Below are positions 19,825-29,577 of a stretch of DNA of 64,000 nt, piece after piece. The notes below the pieces were generated by a model that saw nothing but the letters and a program-made list of their open reading frames with translations, searched no databases and was not told the origin of the DNA. Every line of letters starts with the position of its first letter. The stretch's first letter is position 1. The translations under genes and the position numbers were made by a program. The stretch lies in NCBI GenBank assembly GCA_034675805.1, contig JAUCCX010000001.1, positions 2,384,741-2,448,740 of the forward strand. The letters are read 5' to 3'. Origin of the DNA: Aequorivita sp. GTDB taxonomy: Bacteria > Bacteroidota > Bacteroidia > Flavobacteriales > Flavobacteriaceae.

Positions 19825-21408
19825 ATGGCAGGAGGAAAACTATCCCCAAGGCAACGAATGATTAACCTGATGTATCTGGTTTTCATTGCAATGCTAGCAC
19901 TTAACATGTCCAAAGAGGTCTTGTCGGCTTTTGGATTATTAAACCAAAAAATCACAGATGCGAACGTAGCCACATCACAGCGTAACCAAGCTTTTATGGA
20001 TGGGTTGGCTGTTAAAGCTGCTGACGAACCGGCGCAATATGCTGCGGTGAAAGCAAAGGCTGACGAAATTGCACAAATTTCTGATGAGTTAGATAACTAT
20101 TTATCAACCCTTAAATCAGAGTCGATTGCTAAAATTGAAGATCCTACAGATTATGAAGTTATGGATAAAGCAGATTTTTTTGATCAACGTTTTTTCCAAG
20201 GCGATAAATATAAGCCAGAAGGGCAGGCATTTTTGGACAAGATTGATGCTTATAGAACTGGAATGATTTCTATATTGTCTGATCCAGCATTGGCGAAAGT
20301 TGCTGGTATAGAAGATATCAAAAAGGCTATTGAATCAAATTTCTCTACAGCTGAAGTAACAAATCGTAATGGTAAGAAAGTAAAATGGTTAAATTATAAC
20401 TATGAAGGATTTCCTTTAGTTGCTTCTTTAACTAAACTGACTCAGATTCAAGCGGATGTTAAAACAACTAAAAGCGAAGTTTTACAGAGAATGTTAGCTG
20501 GTCAACAAGCAGCAGCATTATCTTTCAGTAACTATTCAACCTTATTGGAACAATCAAAATCGGCTTATTATGCTGGTGAACAATTTGACGGAGCTATTGT
20601 TTTAGGACGTACTGATGAAAGCACAAAACCTAAAAGAGCAGAACTTACGTTAGATGGAAGAAAACTTGCAGAAGGAACTGATTATACTTTTGAAGGTGGT
20701 AGAGTAAAGCTAAACGTGAGTGCAGGAGCACCTGGTGATCATGAACTTGCTGGTTTCTTGTACTACGGAGAAGGTGGAGAAGAAACAGAAGTTGAAGTTA
20801 AGCGGTCTTTCGCGACAATTTCAAAACCAAATTCTGCAGTAATTGCTGCTGATAAAATGAATGTAGTTTATCGTGGAGTGGACAACCCAATGACGGTTTC
20901 TATTCCTGGTATTCCAGATAATAAAGTAAATGCTTCTGCTGCGGGTCTTTCAAAAGTTTCAGGCAGTAAATATGTTATGCGTCCAGGAGCTGGAAGATCA
21001 GTTATTATCAGTGCCAATGGAACATTGCCTGATGGAGTATCTGTAGGCTCAAAGTCTGAATTTCGTATTAAGGATATTCCTAGCCCAGTTGGAACCATTC
21101 GTGGGGAAGATGGAAATGGTGGTCCAGTACGTATGGAGCGTCAAGGATTGGAGATTTCAAGTATTGGAGCTGCCTTGCAGGATTTCGACTTCGAACTTAA
21201 ACTTAACGTGACTGGATTTAGCTTTAAAGTTTCTGGTCAACCAACAGTAAAAGTTAGTGGAAACAAACTAAACGGAGCCGCAGTGAGCGCACTTAAACGT
21301 GCAGGACGTGGAGAAACCGTTCAGATATTCGATATTAATACCAACATTTCTGGAAGTAATGTTAAACTAAAAAGAACATCTCCGGTATTTATTGAATTGA
21401 CAAATTAG
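19825..21408 (+). CDS. gldM: Gliding motility / T9SS protein GldM
   Basis: The N-terminus is the canonical MAGGKLSPRQRMINLMYLVFIAMLALN. Length is 527 aa, and it sits between gldL and gldN. Confidence 0.9.
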   Translation: MAGGKLSPRQRMINLMYLVFIAMLALNMSKEVLSAFGLLNQKITDANVATSQRNQAFMDGLAVKAADEPAQYAAVKAKADEIAQISDELDNYLSTLKSESIAKIEDPTDYEVMDKADFFDQRFFQGDKYKPEGQAFLDKIDAYRTGMISILSDPALAKVAGIEDIKKAIESNFSTAEVTNRNGKKVKWLNYNYEGFPLVASLTKLTQIQADVKTTKSEVLQRMLAGQQAAALSFSNYSTLLEQSKSAYYAGEQFDGAIVLGRTDESTKPKRAELTLDGRKLAEGTDYTFEGGRVKLNVSAGAPGDHELAGFLYYGEGGEETEVEVKRSFATISKPNSAVIAADKMNVVYRGVDNPMTVSIPGIPDNKVNASAAGLSKVSGSKYVMRPGAGRSVIISANGTLPDGVSVGSKSEFRIKDIPSPVGTIRGEDGNGGPVRMERQGLEISSIGAALQDFDFELKLNVTGFSFKVSGQPTVKVSGNKLNGAAVSALKRAGRGETVQIFDINTNISGSNVKLKRTSPVFIELTN

Positions 21409-21427
21409 AATTAAAACCCTTATAGGT

Positions 21428-22327
21428 ATGAATTTGAAAAACGTTGTTTTATGTGTTTTCGGTTTAGGGATGATTGCTGGTGCAAATGCGCAGGTGAATA
21501 TTCTTAATGCCAAAACTCCAGAGGATATAGGCAAGAAGACAGAAGCACAGATTGCTTATGATAATGATAAACCGTTACCTTATGGTTATACGGATGAGCG
21601 CGATGTGTTGTGGTCTAAAACAACTTGGGAAATTATAGATCTTGATGAAAGAGTCAATTTCCCATTGTATTATCCTATAGACACCAATAATATTGGTTCA
21701 GACAGGCGTTCTCTTTACGATGTTTTGGTGAAAAACATTAAAAACGGGAAAATTGAGAACGTTTATTCAGATTCATATTTTACAGAGAAACGTACACTAA
21801 AGGATATTGAAGCCTCCTTAGTTTACAGTGACACTACCGATTTAGGGATTGAACAATTCAACGCTGAAGGAGTGGTAGATCCACAGTACGTACGTCGTTT
21901 TTCTTTGGATGCGGGTGATATTGAAGAGTGGCACATTAGGGGCTATTGGTATCTTGACAAGCGTCAAGGCGAGCTTAAATACCGTATGCTTGGTATTTGC
22001 CCTGTGGCTAACGAAGCTCGTTCAAAAGCCTTCTCTGATGATGGTCTAGATTCTAAAGTTGAATTGTTTTGGATTTGGTTTCCAGGTACACGTGAAGTAC
22101 TTCACGAGGCAAAGGCATTCAACCGAAAGAATACATCACAGCCAATATCTTTTGACCATTTGTTGAATTCAAGACGCTTTAATGCAGTTATCTATAAAGA
22201 AGACAACGTTCAAGGCGATAGAGATGTGAAAGATTATATCAACGATAATGCTTTGATGCAGTTGTTGGAGTCTGACAGAATCAAAGAACAAATACGTAAT
22301 ATTGAAATTGATTTGTGGAATTATTAA
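21428..22327 (+). CDS. gldN: Gliding motility / T9SS protein GldN
   Basis: It has a signal peptide, is 299 aa, sits after gldM, and has the conserved WYLDKRQGELKYRMLGICP region. Confidence 0.85.
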   Translation: MNLKNVVLCVFGLGMIAGANAQVNILNAKTPEDIGKKTEAQIAYDNDKPLPYGYTDERDVLWSKTTWEIIDLDERVNFPLYYPIDTNNIGSDRRSLYDVLVKNIKNGKIENVYSDSYFTEKRTLKDIEASLVYSDTTDLGIEQFNAEGVVDPQYVRRFSLDAGDIEEWHIRGYWYLDKRQGELKYRMLGICPVANEARSKAFSDDGLDSKVELFWIWFPGTREVLHEAKAFNRKNTSQPISFDHLLNSRRFNAVIYKEDNVQGDRDVKDYINDNALMQLLESDRIKEQIRNIEIDLWNY

Positions 22328-22353
22328 TTAATTAATAACACCATATTTTAAAG

Positions 22354-22399
22354 AAAACCCTTCGTTTCATTCAGGAAACTGAAGGGTTTTTTCTTTTTG
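22354..22399 (+). terminator. Intrinsic terminator after gldN
   Basis: AAAACCCTTC...GAAGGGTTTT forms a stem with an inner GTTTC/GAAAC extension. It is followed by TTTTTTCTTTTT. Confidence 0.8.
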
Positions 22400-22453
22400 G
22401 AATATTGATTCTTTTTTGGAAGTCATAATCGTTTTGAATATTTAAAATTAGAA

Positions 22454-23506
22454 ATGAAAGAGTTCGATTATATCATTGTGGGTCTCGGTATTGCAGGTAT
22501 CAGCTTTTGCGAACAGCTCAAAAGAAACAATAAAAGCTTTCTTGTTGTTGATAATGGAGAAGATGGCTCTACGGCTAAGTCTGGTGGTGTTTTCAATCCT
22601 ACAGTTCTTAAACGCTTTACGGCTGCTTGGAATGCTTCAACATTTTTTCCGGTTGCTAGAGACTTTTATGAACGACTTTCAGAAACACTTCAAGATACTA
22701 TATTTAGAGAAACACCTGTTTTAAGAATATTTAAAAGTGTTGAAGAACAAAACAATTGGTCAGTAGCAACCGACAAAAGAGAGTTGCAACAATTTCTATC
22801 TTCTGAGTTTTTAAAAAACACAAATTCTGTGATAGAGGCTCCGTTTGGCTTTGGTGCGGTTTTGGGAACGGGACAGATTGAAACTAAAGCAATGCTTTCT
22901 GGATATCGTAAAAAGCTAATGGCCGAAGAACTTTTGTTTTCCGAGTATTTTGAATATGAATTGGTCCAGGAGAAGGATAACAAAGTTTTTTATAAAAATA
23001 TTTTCGCCTCAAAACTTATTTTTGCGGAAGGAGCTAAGGTTATTGAGAACCCATTCTTTCCTAAGCATTCCGTTGTTGGTAATAAGGGTGAATACGTAAT
23101 AATTAGAGCTCCTGAATTAAAGATGGATGCGCTTTTGAAAGGATCAATGTATGTAATTCCGTTGGGAAATGATATGTATAAAGTGGGTGCTACTTACAGT
23201 CGGGATGATTATAGTTTAAACCCAACAGAGGCTGCCAAAGACGAAATACTGTCAAAGCTCAAAACATTTGTCAGTTGTTCTTTTGAAGTATTAGAGCAAA
23301 CAGCAGGAGTACGTCCTACGACTAGAGACCATCGACCACTTCTTGGACCTTGGGAAGAGAACTCCAATCTAATTTTCTTTAATGGATTAGGTTCTAGGGG
23401 GTTTTTAATGGCGCCCCTACTAGCTGAAATACTTTACTCTCATTTGGAAGATAATGTCCCGATATCTAAAGAAATGGATATTAGAAGAACATTGGGTTGG
23501 AGATAA
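22454..23506 (+). CDS. FAD-dependent oxidoreductase (DAO-like)
   Basis: It has the N-terminal Rossmann motif DYIIVGLGIAGIS and is 350 aa. Confidence 0.75.
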   Translation: MKEFDYIIVGLGIAGISFCEQLKRNNKSFLVVDNGEDGSTAKSGGVFNPTVLKRFTAAWNASTFFPVARDFYERLSETLQDTIFRETPVLRIFKSVEEQNNWSVATDKRELQQFLSSEFLKNTNSVIEAPFGFGAVLGTGQIETKAMLSGYRKKLMAEELLFSEYFEYELVQEKDNKVFYKNIFASKLIFAEGAKVIENPFFPKHSVVGNKGEYVIIRAPELKMDALLKGSMYVIPLGNDMYKVGATYSRDDYSLNPTEAAKDEILSKLKTFVSCSFEVLEQTAGVRPTTRDHRPLLGPWEENSNLIFFNGLGSRGFLMAPLLAEILYSHLEDNVPISKEMDIRRTLGWR

Positions 23507-23519
23507 TTCCTTTAAAAAT

Positions 23520-23909
23520 TTAATCTCTTTCAGCTACTTTTTTATCGTAATCAATAAATAGATTAATCCAAATATTTCGAGATATCCTAACTATATAAGG
23601 GAATAGTACCACTAAGCTTAAGATAATTACGAGGAAAGAATAATTTCTGTCTAAACCAATGAAAAAATATGCAATAATAAAAGCGGCAACGGCAATCGCG
23701 ATACCGACACCGTAGCTCACATACATTGCCCCGAAAAAGAAGGAAGGCTCAATTTTGAACTTTTTGCCACAATTGCTACAATGGTCGTGCATTTTCATTA
23801 TTTTGGATATTTTATAAGGATTATTTTCCAAATACATATCCCCCTTGTGGCATACCGGACAAGTTCCTGTAATAATACTGTAGATTTTGGTGCCTTTTAT
23901 TAATTTCAT
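23520..23909 (-). CDS. DUF983-like membrane protein with zinc-ribbon
   Basis: CPVCHKG...CSNCGKKF is followed by two TM helices. I chose the start at MKLIKG (23909). Confidence 0.65.
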   Translation of the reverse strand: MKLIKGTKIYSIITGTCPVCHKGDMYLENNPYKISKIMKMHDHCSNCGKKFKIEPSFFFGAMYVSYGVGIAIAVAAFIIAYFFIGLDRNYSFLVIILSLVVLFPYIVRISRNIWINLFIDYDKKVAERD

Positions 23910-24040
23910 TATCAGCTTTTTTAACGCTGCAAAATTAAGCATCTTTGCAAAAATTTTGAGGCTATATCCTGAATAAAAGGTATTTCAAATTTAACACTTC
24001 AAAATAGCTTTCAATTTTTTCCAATTCATAATTAAATTAA

Positions 24041-25954
24041 ATGATCAATATTCACAATCTTTCGGTTTCCTTTCAAGGCGACTATCTGTTCGAGAAAATC
24101 ACTTTTCAACTAAAATCTGGTGATAGAGTAGGTTTAGTGGGGAAAAATGGTGCAGGCAAATCTACGTTGCTAAAGATTATAGCCGGCGAACAGGAGTATG
24201 ACACTGGCCAAATAGCTACCGATAAGGAGATTTCCATAGGATTTCTAAAACAGGATATCGATTTTGAAAAAGGAAGAACCGTACTAGAAGAATCCTATGA
24301 AGCCTTTACAGAAATCAAAAAGCTGGAAAAGAAGCTTGAGTATATAAACACTCAACTTGCAGAACGTACAGATTATGAAAGTGATTCATATCATCAGCTG
24401 ATGGTTGATTTAAATGATATACAACATCAATACGAAATTCACGGAGGTTACAATTATCAAGGTGAAACCGAACGGATTTTGCAGGGTTTGGGTTTTCAAC
24501 GTGAGGATTTTACTAAGCTGACCGAAACCTTCTCAGGAGGATGGCGTATGCGTATTGAATTGGCAAAACTATTGCTTCAAAACAATGATATTTTGTTGCT
24601 GGATGAGCCTACTAACCACTTGGATATAGAATCCATTTTGTGGTTGGAAGAGTTTTTAACTGGTTATGCGGGCGCAGTTGTCATTGTTTCGCACGATAAA
24701 ATGTTTTTGGATAATGTTACCAATCGAACTATAGAAATTTCTTTGGGAAAGATCTATGATTTCAATAAACCCTATTCAAAATACCTAGTGCTTCGTCAAG
24801 AATTGCGTGAGCAGCAATTGGCTTCACAAAAAAACCAGCAAAAGCAGATTGAGCAGACCGAAAAATTGATTGATAAGTTCCGAGCAAAGGCGAGCAAGGC
24901 AACAATGGCGCAGTCACTTATTAAAAAGTTGGATAAAATTGACCGTATTGAAGTTGATGAAGATGATAACAGTGTAATGACATTGCGTTTTCCGGTTTCC
25001 ATTACTCCTGGGAAAGTAGTAATTGAGGCTGAGAAGATTTCAAAGAATTACGGTGACAATCAAGTATTGAAAAATGTGGACCTATTGGTTGACCGAGAAG
25101 CTAAGATTGCTTTTGTAGGCCAAAACGGCCAAGGAAAATCAACTTTGGCAAAGATAATTGTTGGAGAAATAGAACATACGGGAAAACTCACTCTAGGTCA
25201 TAATGTACAGATAGGCTATTTTGCACAAAACCAAGCAGATTATCTTGATGGTACTAAAACAGTGCTGGATACGATGATAGATGCCGCTAATGAAAAGAAC
25301 AGAAGTCGCGTTCGTGATATTCTTGGTTCCTTTCTTTTTCGTGGGGACGAAGTAGAAAAATATGTTAGAGTACTTAGCGGGGGTGAAAGGAACCGTTTGG
25401 CGCTGGCAAAGTTGCTTCTGCAGCCTTTCAATGTGCTTGTGATGGATGAGCCGACCAACCACTTAGATATCAAATCTAAGAACGTTTTGAAGGATGCCTT
25501 AAAGAGTTTTGAAGGAACCTTGCTTCTCGTGTCCCACGACCGTGATTTTCTACAAGGTTTGACTAATAAGGTTTATGAATTCAAAGATCATCATATAAAG
25601 GAATATCTGGGTGATATTGATTATTTCTTGGAACAAAGAAACCTTGAGAACCTTCGGGAAGCTGAAAAGCGCACTGTGGTTGTTTCTGAAGGAAAAGATA
25701 AAAGAAGTGCTGGGGAGGAATATGAAATTCAGAAAAAACTAAAATCGGTCAAGAATAAATTGAGCAATGTGGAAGCTTCCATTTCTTCTTTAGAGAAGGA
25801 GATTGCCAAGATTGATACCGAACTTCTAATCAATTATGAAGAAACCATAGCCAAGCCACACTTTTTTGATAAATATCAAGAAAAGAAAAAGAAGGTTAAA
25901 AAGCTGATGGAGGAGTGGGAGATACTTCAGGAAACTTTGGAGTCTCTCTCTTAA
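24041..25954 (+). CDS. ABC-F family ATPase (two ABC domains, no TM domain)
   Basis: It has two Walker A motifs (GKNGAGKST, GQNGQGKST), two signature motifs (FSGGWRMR, LSGGERNR) and a coiled-coil linker and tail. Confidence 0.9.
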   Translation: MINIHNLSVSFQGDYLFEKITFQLKSGDRVGLVGKNGAGKSTLLKIIAGEQEYDTGQIATDKEISIGFLKQDIDFEKGRTVLEESYEAFTEIKKLEKKLEYINTQLAERTDYESDSYHQLMVDLNDIQHQYEIHGGYNYQGETERILQGLGFQREDFTKLTETFSGGWRMRIELAKLLLQNNDILLLDEPTNHLDIESILWLEEFLTGYAGAVVIVSHDKMFLDNVTNRTIEISLGKIYDFNKPYSKYLVLRQELREQQLASQKNQQKQIEQTEKLIDKFRAKASKATMAQSLIKKLDKIDRIEVDEDDNSVMTLRFPVSITPGKVVIEAEKISKNYGDNQVLKNVDLLVDREAKIAFVGQNGQGKSTLAKIIVGEIEHTGKLTLGHNVQIGYFAQNQADYLDGTKTVLDTMIDAANEKNRSRVRDILGSFLFRGDEVEKYVRVLSGGERNRLALAKLLLQPFNVLVMDEPTNHLDIKSKNVLKDALKSFEGTLLLVSHDRDFLQGLTNKVYEFKDHHIKEYLGDIDYFLEQRNLENLREAEKRTVVVSEGKDKRSAGEEYEIQKKLKSVKNKLSNVEASISSLEKEIAKIDTELLINYEETIAKPHFFDKYQEKKKKVKKLMEEWEILQETLESLS

Positions 25955-26040
25955 TTATATGGAAGCCCTATTGGGAGTTGTGAGTGTTTGGTTTAACTTT
26001 ATAATATTCTAGTTCAAATTTAAAATTTAAAGCAGAAATC

Positions 26041-26220
26041 ATGCACGAACATTTTTTTCAATGCCCACACTGTTGGGAAGAAATTTCGATGTTGTTGGAT
26101 TCTTCCGTTCGTTATCAAAAATATATTGAGGATTGCGAAGTTTGCTGTAACCCCATTGAATTGGAAGTTTCTTTTGATGATGGTGAATTGGTTGGATTTT
26201 CTGCAAGTATTGGACAATAG
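26041..26220 (+). CDS. CPXCG-motif cysteine-rich small protein (59 aa); not in the ORF track
   Basis: My own translation is MHEHFFQCPHCWEEISMLLDSSVRYQKYIEDCEVCCNPIELEVSFDDGELVGFSASIGQ*. The CPxC...CxxCC pattern resembles the CPXCG zinc-ribbon family. It lies antisense to the spurious track ORF 26020..26268. Confidence 0.7.
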   Translation: MHEHFFQCPHCWEEISMLLDSSVRYQKYIEDCEVCCNPIELEVSFDDGELVGFSASIGQ

Positions 26221-26241
26221 AATTAATTTTCTTAAATTTAG

Positions 26242-26634
26242 ATGATTAAACTGATTAAGACTCCTCATATGCCTTCTCCTATCCTCTCCTCTTTTAGTTT
26301 GTCTGATAACATTATTGGTTTTATCATTGACGGTCCCTATGATGAATTAGCCTTAGATAAAGTACAGCAGGAAATTTATAAGAAACTAGAAGTTTATGAA
26401 AAAGTGAATTTCTATATAGAAGACACGATAAACGCTGAGATTTCCTTGAAAACAGTTCTTAAGAATGTTCCTTTCAAAATTAAAACCGCAAATCGTTTTG
26501 AAAAGGTTGCAGTGGTTACAGATTGCAAATGGCTGCAGTTTGTTAGTAGTCTTGAGAAATTATTCTTTAATGCAGAGTTAAGGATTTTTCCAACTGAGCG
26601 ACGTTTAGACGCTATCCAATGGATTACAGGCTGA
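26242..26634 (+). CDS. STAS/SpoIIAA-like (DUF3478-like) protein
   Basis: The 130-aa product has ..FEKVAVVTDCKWLQ...IFPTERRLDAIQWI.., typical of SpoIIAA-like 'STAS_2' proteins as I recall them. Confidence 0.5.
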   Translation: MIKLIKTPHMPSPILSSFSLSDNIIGFIIDGPYDELALDKVQQEIYKKLEVYEKVNFYIEDTINAEISLKTVLKNVPFKIKTANRFEKVAVVTDCKWLQFVSSLEKLFFNAELRIFPTERRLDAIQWITG

Positions 26635-26656
26635 TTTCTTTATTTAGTTTGTTTCT

Positions 26657-28207
26657 TTAAAGCATCGCATTGGTAAGAGCATTTTTCACACTTATCCATA
26701 AAAAGTTAAAGACTGATTTGGTTTTATCTCTTGTTGCCTCTGCTTTTCCCTCTTTATAATTTTCCCCGTTTTTCTCGCTGTCTTTTGATATGAAAATATT
26801 GGCAATTGCAGAAAGCACCTTATTCTTTTTTCCACCTTCTTTTTGTAAAATGGTGACCTTAAAATCAGAGTAATTTATTTTTAGATCTGTTTTAGAAGTT
26901 TCGTTATTTCCATCAATAGTGAAATAGGTTTTATTGGTGTTTCCCTCAAGTTTTATTTTTGAGTTTGGTTCTGTAAGACTGTTCAATTTGTTTGCTTGTA
27001 ATGCGCCCACATCAGCTTTAAATAGGAAATGATCCTCTGGGTTTTGCACGTCAAATCTCCAATCAACTGAAATTGGTGTTTTATCCATAAAATCGGCAGT
27101 TATCTTTAAGTGCGTTTCCTCAGGGTTTTTATATGTATTGCTAACGTTAGAAATGGATGCATTTAGATTTTTAAAATCTATGGAGCCTCCCATGTTTTCA
27201 GGATTTACTCTTTCTTCATATCTAATACTTGCATTGCTAATTTTTAAAGAATTTACGGTTAGTTCAAAAGGTAATTCCCGAAGCATCTTGCTGTAAAGTG
27301 GTTTTATTGTAGGATCATCAGCCACCAGTTTATCTCTATAGATTTCCAAAGCAGGAGAATCTAGAGAAACGGTTGTACTCATAGCGAAAAAGCCATTATT
27401 ATTCTTAAAACCAAAGTCAATCCCTTCCAGTGATAAGGACTTTAGGGTAAGGTCGTAATGATCTCGTTCCTTAGTTATTAATTTGGATAATTCACTTTTA
27501 GAATATTTTGTTTTAAGCACTATGTTTTTAAATAATGCATTTCTATCGTCAATGGAAAAGTCTTTGACAGTTAGATTTTCATAGGGGCTTACTTTAACAA
27601 AAACAGAATCGCTCTTTGCTTCGTAGCTTGTGTAATCTAAAGGGATTTTTCGGCTTATTGTTTTGTTGTCGACTTTGATTCCGGTTACTTCCACGAAAAG
27701 TCCTTTAGTGTACAGTTTGGTAGAGTCTTCTCCTTTTTCGTAAATGACGAATTTGCTGTTGGCTATTTGTATTTTTTCTACTAGGATGGGTTTGTATATT
27801 TCAAAAATACCTTTGCGAACAGAGTCGGTGTTTGGGATTACCCGATCTTTATAATATGCCATTATTGGGTTTTCAAGGGAGATAGTTCCAATGTTTATTT
27901 CGTCTTTCAACAAATAATCCCAATAACTTATATGTGATATTTTAAGTTTTTCAACGTTGATAAAGGTATGTTCAATACTGTCAATCTTGTTTTTTATTAT
28001 GAGAGAGGCATTGGTTATTGATAATGATCCACTGAAAGATTCCACCGTAATGTCATCGTATGCGCGAACCATATTTTCTGGCAACCGCTCTTTTATAAAG
28101 GTTTCCAGTTTATTTTTCAGAAATATGTTTACAGAAATGGTTGCAATAATAAATATTGCACCTAAAGCAAGAACGATGAAGATTATTTTTCTGAAGTGTT
28201 TATTCAT
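26657..28207 (-). CDS. N-terminally anchored envelope protein, AsmA/DUF748-like (weak call)
   Basis: It has a single N-terminal TM helix (IIFIVLALGAIFIIATISVNIF) followed by a long region predicted to be beta-rich. I see no diagnostic motif. Confidence 0.35.
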   Translation of the reverse strand: MNKHFRKIIFIVLALGAIFIIATISVNIFLKNKLETFIKERLPENMVRAYDDITVESFSGSLSITNASLIIKNKIDSIEHTFINVEKLKISHISYWDYLLKDEINIGTISLENPIMAYYKDRVIPNTDSVRKGIFEIYKPILVEKIQIANSKFVIYEKGEDSTKLYTKGLFVEVTGIKVDNKTISRKIPLDYTSYEAKSDSVFVKVSPYENLTVKDFSIDDRNALFKNIVLKTKYSKSELSKLITKERDHYDLTLKSLSLEGIDFGFKNNNGFFAMSTTVSLDSPALEIYRDKLVADDPTIKPLYSKMLRELPFELTVNSLKISNASIRYEERVNPENMGGSIDFKNLNASISNVSNTYKNPEETHLKITADFMDKTPISVDWRFDVQNPEDHFLFKADVGALQANKLNSLTEPNSKIKLEGNTNKTYFTIDGNNETSKTDLKINYSDFKVTILQKEGGKKNKVLSAIANIFISKDSEKNGENYKEGKAEATRDKTKSVFNFLWISVKNALTNAML

Positions 28208-28281
28208 AATCTAAAGATAGCCAAAGAAAATAATCCAAAAACAACAATTATTAATACTTTAAAAAAATAATGGCAGACTAC

Positions 28282-28311
28282 TTGTGGAGTCAAAAAAGCT
28301 TCTTATCTTTG
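28282..28311 (+). promoter_or_regulatory. Candidate Bacteroidota-type promoter for tRNA-fMet
   Basis: TTG (28282-28284), then 19 nt, then TATCTTTG (28304-28311), which matches TAnnTTTG. It lies about 70 nt upstream of the tRNA. Confidence 0.45.
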
Positions 28312-28382
28312 CAGTCCAATATTTCTGTCGGTATTATGAGCCGAAAGTTAGAAGCTAAAGATGAATTATTGAACAATCATAT

Positions 28383-28455
<73 letters not shown>

Positions 28456-28478
28456 CGAAGGTCAAAGTGCCAGAAACA

Positions 28479-28509
28479 AACGGTTAGGTTCATTCTTAAC
28501 CGTTTTTTT
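28479..28509 (+). terminator. Intrinsic terminator after the tRNA
   Basis: AACGGTTA-(10 nt)-TAACCGTT is followed by TTTTTT. Confidence 0.7.
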
Positions 28510-28571
28510 ATGCAATCTATTCTTGAATTTATTAGCTTCGAACACGGAATTGAATGCGAGCGGGGGCAGGA

Positions 28572-29150
28572 TTAATTTATTTCCACGATTACAAGCCCAA
28601 AAGCTTCTGTACTATTGATAGGAATTGAAGAAACATTGAGGTTTTCAATTACCAACAAGCTTCCAGTTTCCATACTATAATTTTCATTCGCAAGATGAAC
28701 TTGGATACTACCTGATGTAGGGTATAAAAGCAAGGTTTTGCACGACTCTTTAAGTTTTAGTTTATAATTATTAATTGCCTCCACGGCTAAATGATAAAGT
28801 TCACTTTGTTGCTGGCCTGTGGTCATAACATTAAAATCCGTGCAAGTACCTATAGCGGTAGTTTTCCAATCTCCGCTAAAAGTATCTACGTCATAAGGTT
28901 TGAGAAGTTTGGTATAATGCTCCCCGTGAGTAATACTAATTTCTCCTTCCAAAATCATAAGCTTACGATGAATACTTGGCAAGTACGTAAAAGTTGATTC
29001 CGCAACTTCTACCTTAGCTGTACTTACTCTTATTTTAAAATTTCGCTCGGCATAAGAGGCGTTTTTAGGAAATATATAAAGTTGGGTACTGCTGCCACCC
29101 GACCATTGACTGGTGAGGAAATGCTGAGGGGAGAGGATTGAAATTTTCAG
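28572..29150 (-). CDS. HutD/Ves-family protein; no canonical start codon at the expected N-terminus
   Basis: The track gives only the C-terminal 136 aa, from a TTG start. The same frame is open upstream and encodes LKISILSPQHFLTSQWSGGSSTQLYIFP..RNFKIRVSTAKV..STFTYLPSIHRKLMILEG, which matches the HutD N-terminal pattern (W.GG.T....P...F..R.S.A.v). No ATG, GTG or TTG lies between the in-frame stop and this region. CTG at 29150 is the nearest candidate. Confidence 0.6.
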   Translation of the reverse strand: MKISILSPQHFLTSQWSGGSSTQLYIFPKNASYAERNFKIRVSTAKVEVAESTFTYLPSIHRKLMILEGEISITHGEHYTKLLKPYDVDTFSGDWKTTAIGTCTDFNVMTTGQQQSELYHLAVEAINNYKLKLKESCKTLLLYPTSGSIQVHLANENYSMETGSLLVIENLNVSSIPINSTEAFGLVIVEIN

Positions 29151-29417
29151 AAGTTGAAAAGTTTTAGGTTTAACGTATTTGTAGTGCTGAAATGAAACAA
29201 GAGGTATTGGGCTTTGTTGCGTATTATTTTTTATTTTCTAATATAAATATATTATAAATAGTCGTAAGGATTCTTTTCACGAGGCTAAATTTGATCAATT
29301 TTAATGAAGAAACTATTAGAATAAATGACTCTGTGGTTCTTGAAGAGTTACTTTTTCTACTGAAGAAATCTTAAATCGCCTTCAGGGTCTAAAACAAATA
29401 ATGAATATGGAGAGGTA

Positions 29418-29446
29418 AGTTGCAAACTGTTGCAACTGTGTTTTTT
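29418..29446 (+). terminator. Orphan intrinsic terminator (no annotated + strand gene upstream)
   Basis: AGTTGCAA-ACTG-TTGCAACT forms an 8-bp perfect stem, followed by GTG and TTTTTT. Confidence 0.5.
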
Positions 29447-29577
29447 ATTTCTTGTGAATCAGTCAGCAGTGATATTTTGACATCTTCTATCTTATTGACC
29501 TCGCATAGATACTATCATTACTTCTATTTAATAATTGAAAACATTTCTCATTAATTAGGATTTCTGAAATACTAATT

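Noticed and set aside
17694-22327. gldKLMN as a candidate novel system
   Set aside because: It is the well-described core of the Bacteroidota type IX secretion and gliding machinery, in canonical order and size.
26020-26268. 82-aa minus-strand ORF
   Set aside because: The opposite strand encodes a compact CPxC...CxxCC zinc-ribbon protein with a recognisable family pattern, whereas the minus-strand product has no features.
28496-28504. TTAACCGTT in the tRNA terminator stem matches the 5' core of the island box
   Set aside because: It is only a 9-mer, so about one chance occurrence is expected in 2 x 64 kb. It lacks the second AACCGT repeat and the ACTTACA half, and it is explained by its role as a hairpin arm.
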